Positions 12,909-23,379 of a stretch of 64,000 nucleotides of DNA are shown piece after piece. The position numbers and the translations under genes were made by a program. The notes beneath the pieces are model-generated. The model saw only the letters and a list, made by a program, of their open reading frames with translations, did no database searches and was not told the origin of the DNA. Source of the DNA: Calcarisporiella thermophila CBS 279.70 (taxonomy: Eukaryota > Fungi > Calcarisporiellomycota); NCBI RefSeq assembly GCF_041956535.1, contig NW_027192194.1, positions 217,444-281,443 of the forward strand, given 5' to 3'. How positions within the stretch are numbered: position 1 is the first letter of the stretch; each line of letters starts with the position of its first letter.

Positions 12909-14571
12909 ATGGGGTCCACGGCGAACACATCACAGCAGACCGCAGAGTCTCAACCCGCCGAGGAATGCCTCGAGGAAAAATCCGATGTGGCGGTGGCCGA
13001 GAAGGGCGAAGCCGCAATTCAGGAGTACCCCCCCGATGCACTCTATGGGTGGTTCGTCGTCGTGGCCGTGTTCTTTCTGGCCTTTTACCTGTTCGGTCTG
13101 GCCACCAGCTGGGGCATTTTCCAGGTAAGGCGGCGGGTGCGAGAAGCCTCTGGTTCCGGCCTTAGCTTAACGAACGCATTCTCTCTTTTTTTCTCTGTCG
13201 CTCCCTCTCCACAGGATCTCTACTCGAGGGACATCTTCCATGGCCAGGAGCCCCTCATCTCCATCTCCTATATCGGCAGTCTGGGCAATTCGCTTATGTA
13301 TTTGTTTGGCCCCATAAGCGGAGTGGTGGTGAGCCGCATTGGCAACCGCAGCCTGCTCTTGGTGGCCTCGCTCCTCCACCCATTGGGCATGATCCTGGCC
13401 AGCTTCTCCACCACCGTGTGGCAGCTCTACCTCACGCAGGGCTTGCTGGTCGGGCTGGGCAATGGCTGCGCCTTCTACGGCGGCGTCATCATGACGCCGC
13501 AGTGGTTCGAGCGGTACCGCGGCCTTGCGACCGGGATCGCGGTGTCGGGGTCGGGATTCGGGGGGCTGGCCCTCGCCCCGCTGACCCGAACCCTGATCGA
13601 TCGTTTGGGCCATCAATGGGCCCTCCGCATTCTCGGGCTCATTGGCTTCGTTATCATCTTCAGCAGCTCCTTCGTCCTGCGCCCGAGAATCCGGCGCCCT
13701 CCTTCCCGACGCCCGGGTCTCTTCCACTACGGCTTCTTCGACAAAAGATTCGTCCTGTTGATGCTCACCGGCTTTTTCGCCATGCTTGGTTACTGGCAAC
13801 CCTACTTCCTGTTGCCCAGCTACGCTGTCGCCACCACCGGCCTCACTCCACAACTTAGCGCCGTGTTCGTGGGCGTGATCTCCGGGGTGAACTCCGTGTT
13901 CCGGATCGTTTTGGGAGGGTGCGCGGATTGGCTGTAAGTAGCTGCTTGGCTGAGCGTCTCGGTCTCCCCCTGCTGACCCCCCCCCCCCTCTCTCTTTCTC
14001 CCCCCATCTAACTTGCTCGTATGCAGAGGTAATACCAACGTGCTTGTGTTCTCGCTACTGGTGACGGCCATCTCCATCCTCGTCTTCTGGATGCTTGCAA
14101 AGTCGTTCGCCTTCTTTGTTCTCTTTGTGATAGTGTATGGGACAAGTTCAGGTAATAGACCCTTTCCCCATTGCTTGATAGAGCTTGATGTCTCACCCGG
14201 CTTTTCTCCTTTTCTTCCTCTCAGGCGGATTCATCAGTCTATTCCCGGTGATCATTACTGAGCTTGTCAAGCCAGAGGACGCTCCCGCAGCCTTTGGTAT
14301 CGCCTTCTTCTCGTACGGAGTGGGCTCCTTACTAGGCCCGGGCTTCTCTGTGCTGCTGAAGGCTTCCAATGGGGGCGATCTCGGAAGTATTCTCTTTGCC
14401 GGACTGTAAGTACGCCAGCGGCGCGTGTTTGTATGTGATGCTTTTTCATGGACACACCCCTAATCTTCTCTCTTTCCTCTTCTTCCTCGTTCCAGTGTCT
14501 CGCTAATGGCGGCCTTCACCGCTTTAGGTTTACGGTGTATCAAGAGTCGTCGATTGTTTGTAAAAGTCTAG
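12909..14571 (+). CDS. MFS monocarboxylate-porter family transporter (Mch-like, 5 exons)
   Basis: PPDALYGWFVV, WQLYLTQGLLVG, QWFERYRGLATGIAVSGSGFGG and multiple TM helices. Ends LFVKV*. Confidence 0.9.
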
Positions 14572-14930
14572 AGCTGCATTGGGCTGTACATAATACTCAA
14601 TCGATATCGGTGTCCTCCCTCCCCATCCCCTCTGTATCATACACCATAGACCTCCATCTTCAACACATATACGCTTATTTATTTATTTATTTATTTTATT
14701 TTATTTTTCCTTCTCTCTATAATTCCTTTAACTCGACTCGATGGAAAAAAAAAGATAAAACTAGGCAACAATGGCAATATCATTACAAAACGGAGGAAAA
14801 AAAAAGTAGTGTGAAACAAAAAGGAGAATAATAATAAAAAAAAAGAAGAAAAAGTGGCATAAAAGAAAAGAAATGAAAAAAAAAAGCACGCGCATGCAGA
14901 GAGAGAGAAAAATGGTAAGCGCAGTTTTGT

Positions 14931-17900
14931 TTATAGCCCCGAAAGAGTTCCCGTGCCATAGATGGCCGGCACCGCCAGGCGCTTGTTCTTGTAGTCGGCC
15001 AGTCCGCGACAGGGCACCTTGCCTCCCACCGTGGCGATGGGCTTGCCGGCGGGAGGGTTTTGTGCGGCAAGTCGCATCGTGTTGAAGCCGGTTTGGTCGC
15101 GGGGCTGGACCCGAAACTCGCACAGCGGGCACTGATACTTGGCCTCCGCGTCCTCCACCAGCATCTCATACAGCTCAGGCGTAAGCTTCTCGTCGCACTT
15201 CAGATGCACCCAGCGGTCGCACTGGTCACAGCACACCATGTCGTCCTCCTCGCCCATGTCATCCTCCCCATGGTAGGTCTTCAGGCACACCGGGCAATAG
15301 CGGCCCTGCTCGAAATCGTCGGAGCACCGCTTGCAGTACGTCGCAAGATAGGTCGGGTAGCGGTTGTTGGAGGTCGGGGGGGCCACCGCGTGCTCGAACT
15401 GGTCTTCGGTCAGCGAGGCGTCGTCCAGCTCTTTATTTTCGCACGAATGGCACCGGGCACAGAGTCGGCACAGCCAGCGGCCTATGAAGCAAGATGAGCG
15501 ATGAAGATGGAGCTCACGGCAAGAGCGGGATCGTATCAGCAGACAAAAAAAAAGGGGCCGGAACTTTACCTTGTGGAACCTCCGTGACCACCGGGTCGCA
15601 GCAGTCCGTATGCCATCCGCGGTCACAGTCGTCGCAGATCATCAGCTTTGACTCGTCGCCCGAGGACTTGCACACGACGCAGATCTTGCAGTCGGTGCAT
15701 ATCCACGCAAAGCTCTCAATGGCCGAGACCACGCGTGGCGTTGTGAGGCCGAGGCAGAGCGGGTGGTACGACTGCTGACACTTGGCACATTTGACCATGT
15801 ACAGCATCGAGCAGGCCGGGGTCTCGTTCTCGGCGACCACCGTGGAGGGGGCCGTGAGATAGTGGCAACTTGCACACACGTTGCTGGCGTAGGCAGGGTT
15901 GACCGGACCAACCGGGGCGGATGTCTGACAGAGGGAGGGGCGGGTACACAAGACAGGGTTAGGTTTGCCGATATTCGGGAACGAGGGGGAGAGAATGAGG
16001 ACGTTACCTTTTTAACTTCGGAAGTAGGGGTGGAAGTGGCGGCGGGGGGGATGGATCGCATTGCGTGCATGATTTGCGACGGAGGTCCTTCGGGAAGATA
16101 CTTGTGGTTCATACATCGCTCTCCAGGGCGTGTCACCGGACGCCTGCACGGCTGTTTCTTATTGGTTGGGACCCCGCATTGATACTGGGACTGTCGGGTG
16201 GGGGTGTGCATCGACATCGGCGGCTAGAGATGCATCCAAGCATGAGAATGGGTACGGCCCCAACGAAAATGAGAGGGGAGATGTTACCGTATTTGAGAAT
16301 GTGTTTTGCTTGAAGGAATAGGGCGTCGGGGCCTGCTGCAGGGGGGGATTCGGGGGGGGCTGAGTGTTCGGGCGGCGGAGCATCTAGGCTGGGAACACGG
16401 GCATTTGGTTGCGGTGCGGGTGGTGCACGATTGAATCGTTCTCGGTGGCTTTTTTCAAATAATAGGAAATGAAAGGAAAAAAAAACAGAGAATTAAGACG
16501 GGAACTGGAGAATGTATTGAGAGCGATTCAGAAAGAAAGTAAAGTATTACATTGGAAAAACGGACTGGTATTGGCCCTTGAGGACGGCAATCGGATATCG
16601 GAATGGGTCGTCTTCCTCAACCGCGGAGTTGTAAATCAAGCCATTCACCTGGACGTGCTTGTGGATTTCCGGCGGCAGCACATCTTTCAACTCGGCCAGC
16701 TGGTCCTTGCTGAGCTGCAGTGGGGGGGCCGAGGGCTCAATGGCAACCGAAATGGGCTCCACCACCGCTGCACCCTTGGTAGATCCTGCGGGAGGGAGGC
16801 GCTCCACCCGAAACGAGGTCGGCTGAGTGGCTTGCGGCAGCTGTTCCACGTTCGTATGCACATCGTAGTACCTTGGCTTTTCCAAGCGCATATATCGAAG
16901 CCGAGTGTTGAATTCTCGAGCGGAAAGCGCGGTGTCGTAGATCCAGAATTCCGACCTCACCCCTCTGGTACCGCCGCCGAAAAGATTGTGCCGCCCCCCG
17001 CCCATACCAGCCTCTGCGGCGCCGGCCTCGGCCACCATCTCTCCCTCACGCACGAATCTGCGCTCTGTCCTCTTCTCCTTCTTCCGGTACATTTTTTTCC
17101 CAAAGTATTTATACAGCTTACGAGTGGGCACAATGGCGACCCCACGGCCACGCAGATTCGCCGCTATGTAGCCAGAGCTGATCAGATACTCTTTGTCCTC
17201 GGGTGTCGCTTGCGTGCGCTTGATCGTCGGGTTGTGCATAAAGAAGAGGTAACTGTCGCGGAAACCAAGAATTTTGGAGGCATCTATCGAGAGCATGTAC
17301 CAGCGGCTCCCCTTGCTTGGCACTTGGAAAACAGGCCCCTTCCAAACCCGTGCTACAAAGTCCAAGGAGAAAAAAGTCAGTCAGCCCATCCACCACTAGA
17401 ACAAAAGAGCGTTTTCGGTGCCCCCCTTACAGCCAAGCAGCTCTCCATCGCGCGTGATAATTTTTTCCCCCATCTCATCCACATCGCTCTCCTCCTCGCT
17501 CTCCTCCTCCGCTTCCTCATCCACCGACGCCTCCCCCGCCAGCGACTCTGCTCCTTGCTCCTCCATCTTCCCATTGGCGGTTCCTCGTCTTGGTCGCTTT
17601 CTTAAACTCGATTCCTTTGCCGAATCCTCCGCGGTGCTATTCTCCGGCTCCTCATCCACCACGGCACGCTTTCTCCCCCTGCGCGGCCGAGCCTCCTCCG
17701 ATTGCTGTTGCGCCTCTAGCCCCCTTCGTACCAGGCGAATGATTGGGCCTCGTTTCCGCGGTGTGCTCACTGCAGACGAGTTTCCGTCCGATGGTGGATC
17801 TGTGTAGGTGTCGGTGGCATGAGTATCATTCACATTATCATGTGAACCGCTCGCATAGGATGGGTCGTCCTCCTGGTCCATATAGCCGGATTTGCGGCTT

Positions 17901-18045
17901 CGCCTTTTCCGTGGAGAATTGAGGGGGGAAGGGGTACTCCTTCCTTTCGCTGGATCATATTAAAGCAAAGGAGTAAGAATAATATACAGTGGAATTAACC
18001 GCACCCATAGGGCAGAAAAAGATCAATCATACCAGATCGTGTCAT
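14931..18045 (-). CDS. Chromatin-remodelling subunit with an Rsc7/Swp82 (CRC) domain, PHF10/SAY-like motifs and tandem PHD fingers; frame discontinuity near 16160-16450
   Basis: CRC motif GEKIITRDGELLG..YMLSIDASKILGFRDSYLFF. PHF10-like AREFNTRLR..YYDVHTNVEQLP and YPIAVLKGQYQ. DPF motif HPLC..WICTDCKICVVC..CDDCDRGWHTDC. Extra PHD YCPVC..CDQCDRWVHLKC. The start exon is inferred at 18045. Confidence 0.75.
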
Positions 18046-18607
18046 TGACTAGTGCGATGTCTACGATCAAGGTGAGATAGGAGGTGGGCGATTTTATCTT
18101 GAATGTTAGTCTCGTTGTCAAAAGAGACGCGAATAAAACTTGTGACGTATCCGCATTTAGCAGTCACAAGTGCCAGATGAAATAGAGTGTGCATGTCGAG
18201 AAAAGCCTAGAGTGGTGGCAAGATAGTTAAATCCTGCTGAGAACGGAAATATTGAGATTTCGGAAAATAAACAACTAGGTATGAAAGACGGCTGGAACGG
18301 CTGTGAAAAGATCATAGAGACAAGGAATTTTATCTGACAAAATTGGGTGTTCACTCTTTTGGGCAAAAGATAAGCCAGAGTTTTAACTGTGATTGTCCCT
18401 GCCACAGTAAGTGGGCTGTCAGGGCACTAGAAGGTAGAGAGAACAAGCAGGAGGATCTGATGGCACTTCTCCAGAGACATTTCTCCTTTTTAACTAGAAT
18501 TCACGAAGTGTCCCAAAAAAATATTATCCTTTAATTTGAAAATCAAGCAAATAATCGACCCGGACGAAATAAATTTATAAAAAATATATAAGAGTGCGTT
18601 AGTGTGC

Positions 18608-20996
18608 TCAACTGTCTAGTTTGAGTTGTTGCAGCTCTTCTAGCAACTTGGCCTCGTTCTGGATCTTCTGAATCTGTGTGAGCTCTAGTTTCTCCCCATT
18701 GGCCTGTCGGGTCTTGAGATCCTGGATTTGCTGCAGTTTCTTGTTAATATTACGGATTTTCTTATCGGTTTCCGAGACACCGCCAGCGGGTTGGTTAGAA
18801 GAAACCGCATCTGCCGCCGAGGATTTCGCGAGAGTATTGTTCTCTAAAAAACACATACACCATAAAAATCAGTAAGTGGAAAAAATGCGACCGGGGTAGC
18901 TTAGGCGCAGATGGACAAGTGATCTCGTACCATTCTCTTTTCTGGCTTCCCTTCGCTTTTTGTTTTTCATGGCAGACTTGGAAAGTTTTTCTGCTACGAG
19001 TTGGGGTGTGTTTAGGTGAGCCTTCAACATGGAGCCGGGGTGACCAAGAGGGATTCCACTTACCTTCATCATTGGCGGCGGCTCCGGGGATGGTCGATCC
19101 TCGCGAATTAGCAATCTCGTCTTCTCGCTGATAGAGGAATGGAAGTCAGCGCAACCTCAACAGCTCAAAGGAGTGGCGTATAATTACCTTGAAAATGGTG
19201 GGTGTGCTGGTTCCGCGAGCGTGCGGCGGCCGATAGGCTCCCATTTTCTTGGGAGCCGGTTTTGCGGCCGTCAGCTCTGGGGCATTTTTCAGCACTGCTG
19301 CGGGAGGGGGTGATAATGAGGTTCGGATTGGGAAGAGGTCCACGGACGCCGGTCGCCATACAACCTCGTAGAGCTCTGCGAAATTTTCCGCAGCAACCAA
19401 CTTGCCGGAGTGATGCCAGACTTTAAAGCCATTGTCCACGCGGAGACGTGGGCTTAGGGTTGCGGTGAGGAGGTATCGGCCATCAGGCGACCATTCACAG
19501 GTGGTGGTGCCAGAGGCTTCAATGGTGGAAATTTTCTTGAAATCCTTCCGATCCCAAACGTCAATGGTTCCCGCGAGGTTGCCGAATCCAGCGAGGCAGA
19601 TAAGACGCCCATGGGGACTGAAGCGGATGTAGTTGCGCGGGGCCGCACCAAAATCATGTATGGGGTTGGCACGGTGATCAAACAGGGTTGCCTTGGCAGG
19701 CATATCTAATAATAAAGGAGTTTGAATTAATACCCGGACACATGTTAGGCATGGCCGCACTCACATCCATAGACTACAACAAATTCTTTTGAGGTCGGGC
19801 TCCAAGCGACATCATGAATTGGGCCCTCTTTGTCCAGCGTGACACGTGCATCATATTGACGCGGCACGGAAATAAAGTACAGGTTGGTTTCTGAAAAAGA
19901 AGACATCATGTATCCGGTTAGCAGGACAAGTGGGTTTTGTATAAAAGTGGCAATCGCCCACCTCCATAATACGATTTGCCCGTTTTATCCACTTCGGTCT
20001 GAGTGAGGATCAACAGATCCGTCCCCAATTGATTCCACAAAATCTGCACTTTGTCGGATTTGAAAAAGGTTTTCTGACAGAGTGGACCGCTGAAATTGGT
20101 AATGCTGTAGACTCGGACCATTGCTGGCGCGCCTTTCTTCTCCGGAACAAAGGTAGCCACCGAAGGGCTTCGGCCAGGAGAGAGTGAGAAAGCACTGATA
20201 TTCTCTAAACGGAGCTTCGAATGTGGGCCTTTAGCAATGGATTTGGGGTCGAAAAAGTGAACTTCATTTGTGACCATGCGAGCGCAATAAGACTCATCGT
20301 CGGTCCATTGCACGTTCCTAGCCAAAGAGGACCAGGTAAGAATCATGTGTTGATTTGAGCGAAATATTCGTTGGGTAAAGAGTAGCTTACCAGTTGTTCT
20401 GCAACTTCTGCGAAAAATCGGCCAGCTTGTTCCCCGTTGCTACTTCCCATATTATTAAGTTATGGACTGCTGAGCCGTCTTCTGCCTTTGCTGTCGTTGA
20501 GAATTAAAAAAAAAGTAAGGAATAAGAATGGAGAAAAAGTCTTTATACAGAGATAGCTTACAGGGACGCTCCCAGGTGGAAATGTACGTTCCTTTAGGAG
20601 AGAATTCAATCTCTACAACGTTGGACCTCGCGATTTCCGCCAATACCTTTCCACTTTCGGCATTCATTATTTTCACTCTAATAGAATGCACAGAATTAAT
20701 AAAAGTTAATCCATAAAATAGGCATCAGCATTACCCCTCTGGGAGCGCCCACGCGACATACAGACCATTCTTGCTATATCTCACCGAACGAACGGCACCT
20801 GTGACCTTCTCGAATGTATCGACTGGCCTGAAGGATGGACATCCATAGTAGAGGCCAATTTCGTTAGGTGTACGATCTGGTATAGGAATGGGAAAAAGGT
20901 TATTAACGGCAATATTCAATCGATGTCAGACATAAAAATGCAAGGAGAGAAGTGTATAGTCTTACAAGCAAACTGTGTTAATGGACTACTCGACAT
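18608..20996 (-). CDS. Translation initiation factor eIF2A (WD-propeller, multi-exon)
   Basis: FSPKGTYISTWER, TEVDKTGKSYYGETNLY, AGFGNLAG, TLSPRLRVDNG, AYRPPHAR and C-terminal KKIRNINKKL..GEKLELTQ. Confidence 0.95.
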
Positions 20997-21474
20997 CTCC
21001 TTTATTTCGCGGACGCGGGGTTAAGCGATTGCGGTTGCCGTTATTCGAGTTTTTCCTCGATTATGTTTACAGGTGGCTTATATCTACAAGAATCGCAATA
21101 AATTTGCAATTTATTAAATGTTAGTACATCAGCATCCAGAGTTACCCAACTCTACAGCAGCTATTAGACCAGCAAGTAAAAGCATTCGTCAATAGAAATG
21201 AGAACGAACTAAATAATTATAATATTGGGGCGATTTATATATATCACGATAGAAGCGAGAGTTGCCTATTAGAAGCAGAAGTGGGGCTGAAATAAATAGA
21301 GAGCGGTAGATATAACGAGATAAAATAGAGTAATAAGGTAGGCGGTGAATAATCAAAGGAAAGTAGAAATAAATAGATAGATAAATAAATAAATAGAAAT
21401 CGCAAAATGACCTCAGCGATAGATTCTATACCATTCAAACACGCAAAAAACAATAAATAAGGAAATGGAGCTAT

Positions 21475-22868
21475 TTACAGGAGCATAATGATTAATCCAA
21501 AAACGAAGCCTAGTGTAGTTGAGGAAATTTGGATGGAAATGTGTGCTGCCGAAATGACCGTGTTTCTTCGTACTTTGTATCCAATAGCCTCCAACAGATC
21601 TAATAGCTGTGGGCCGAGCGGACCCGTTCCAGACACACTCTTTACCAGCACGTCGAGGGGCTTTTGTTGGTCATTGACGTATCTCATCAAAAAATCTCGG
21701 GTATTGGAATAAATCTTGTGATCCATATGACTCAGCGAGCTCGAAGGAATGAAGGGCTTGAGAGCTGTCTCGAGGATCAGTGTATCGCCGTTGCCTGAGT
21801 TTTTCAATACAAGTCCCAGCGATTTCTCGGTGGTTGAGAGCTCATACATTCGTTGCGCCGAGTCTTTGAATTTCGATTCTTTGATCGCGGCATATACCTC
21901 GTTAACGTCCGAAAACTTATTAGCGATACTGTTGGGGAATCCGTTCAATTCTTTGGCGAGCTCCGTTACGCGCTTCTTGTCCTGGAGGGAAGTGAGGGTC
22001 CGGTCGAAGGCTGTCTCTAGGAACTCTACAACCCGAAATTTATCGCTCTCCTCTATCGGTTCATACCTGGGAATAGGGGTGAGGATCTTGGAGTCGGATT
22101 TGGTGTAGTCATTCCATCCACTTGCAAACCCTAAACCGTGAATCAATTCGTGGAGGATGGTCATAAGAAAATCCTGCTGGTTAGTTTGAATATCGCCATC
22201 GCCCTTAAATCAAGGAAAGGATGAGATAGTGCATAAACACGGAAATCCGACAAGGAAAATTACATCGAACCAGTACTTAACATCCGAATTAAAGATAGTC
22301 TCGATGTCGAAGGGTGTATACTCATATCTTGTCGAGGTATTAAGTTGCCTCACTAGAGCTTGCGGATACATACGCTTCGCCCCTTCTTCATCCTCTATAG
22401 GGATCAACGCGGAGGGCTTGGTGAAACCTGCACAATTTCCGATGTTATTAGTAGGTTGGAATCGAAAAAAACAAATGGCATGCCATTCTCACCTATCGGA
22501 ACTGTGTTGCCATTGCCGCATTGCTTAATATTAGAACAAAATCCAAAGAGCGAAGCATTCACCCTAATAGAAGCGCGTAGATCCAAGTAGGAACTCAATA
22601 TGCTTCCTGCCTTTTGGAATGCATTCTTGGCCTTGTCGCATAATTCTTTGGATGCCTTGCACTCGAATTCAATTTGAAAGTTCTTCGCGGAGAGTTCCCT
22701 CGGGTGAAGCTTGGAAACTCTAACAGACGGACATGCAATAGGAGTGAGCTGCGTTAGGTCAAAAATGGAAGGCTCAAGGCAAGGAGTGGATGATGAAATT
22801 TGCAGACTCCCAGATGTAAGCGGAATCAAGAGGGAAAGGAAAAATAAAAGGAGAGGCAAGGAATTCAT
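21475..22868 (-). CDS. Secreted, probably GPI-anchored HExxH zinc metalloprotease-like protein (3 exons)
   Basis: Signal peptide MNSLPLLLFFLSLLI, YPQALV motif, HELIHGLGF, distal SSLSH and a hydrophobic C-terminus. Confidence 0.7.
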
Positions 22869-23379
22869 CTTACAAATACGAATACAAGCGGCAGAGGGGA
22901 TATAGGAGAGGAGGGTAGTTATTAAAGGGGTAAAAGGGGAAGAGGGAAGGAAAGAAATGAGAAGTCAACGAGAAAGATTAATAGGCCATTAAGCGGATGC
23001 CATTGCTTCCTTGTGGTTAAGGGAGGAGCAACGAACAAAGCAAACATTATCCTGTAATGCAGCTAACCTTAATTTCGAGGTCTGAGCCACGACCTATAAA
23101 CCTTGGAGGTAACAACCGCGCCTTTTTTGGCGAATAAGTAAAACATCGCAATACAAACAGCCTCGGAACACTAAAGAATTTGGAAAGGAGTTTGATCTTA
23201 GCTTTCACTGGCGTTAGTCGGGATAAAGTATTTTTTTTGCAAAGAAGCTGGACAAAAAGGGCCTATGAATTTTTAGCAAGAGACGCTGGATAAATAAAGA
23301 AAATGAATATAATTGTTCTATTAAAAACAATAAAATAATTTTGTTCAAAATAACAAAAATAAAAAAAAATTATGTCCTC

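Noticed and set aside
10817-13990. Several poly-G/poly-C runs of 10 nt or more
   Set aside because: Simple homopolymers in the GC-rich block with no repeat unit or element structure. Their lengths may be unreliable.
16469-17605. 378-aa plus-strand ORF
   Set aside because: It is antisense to the CRC-domain exons and has no motifs.
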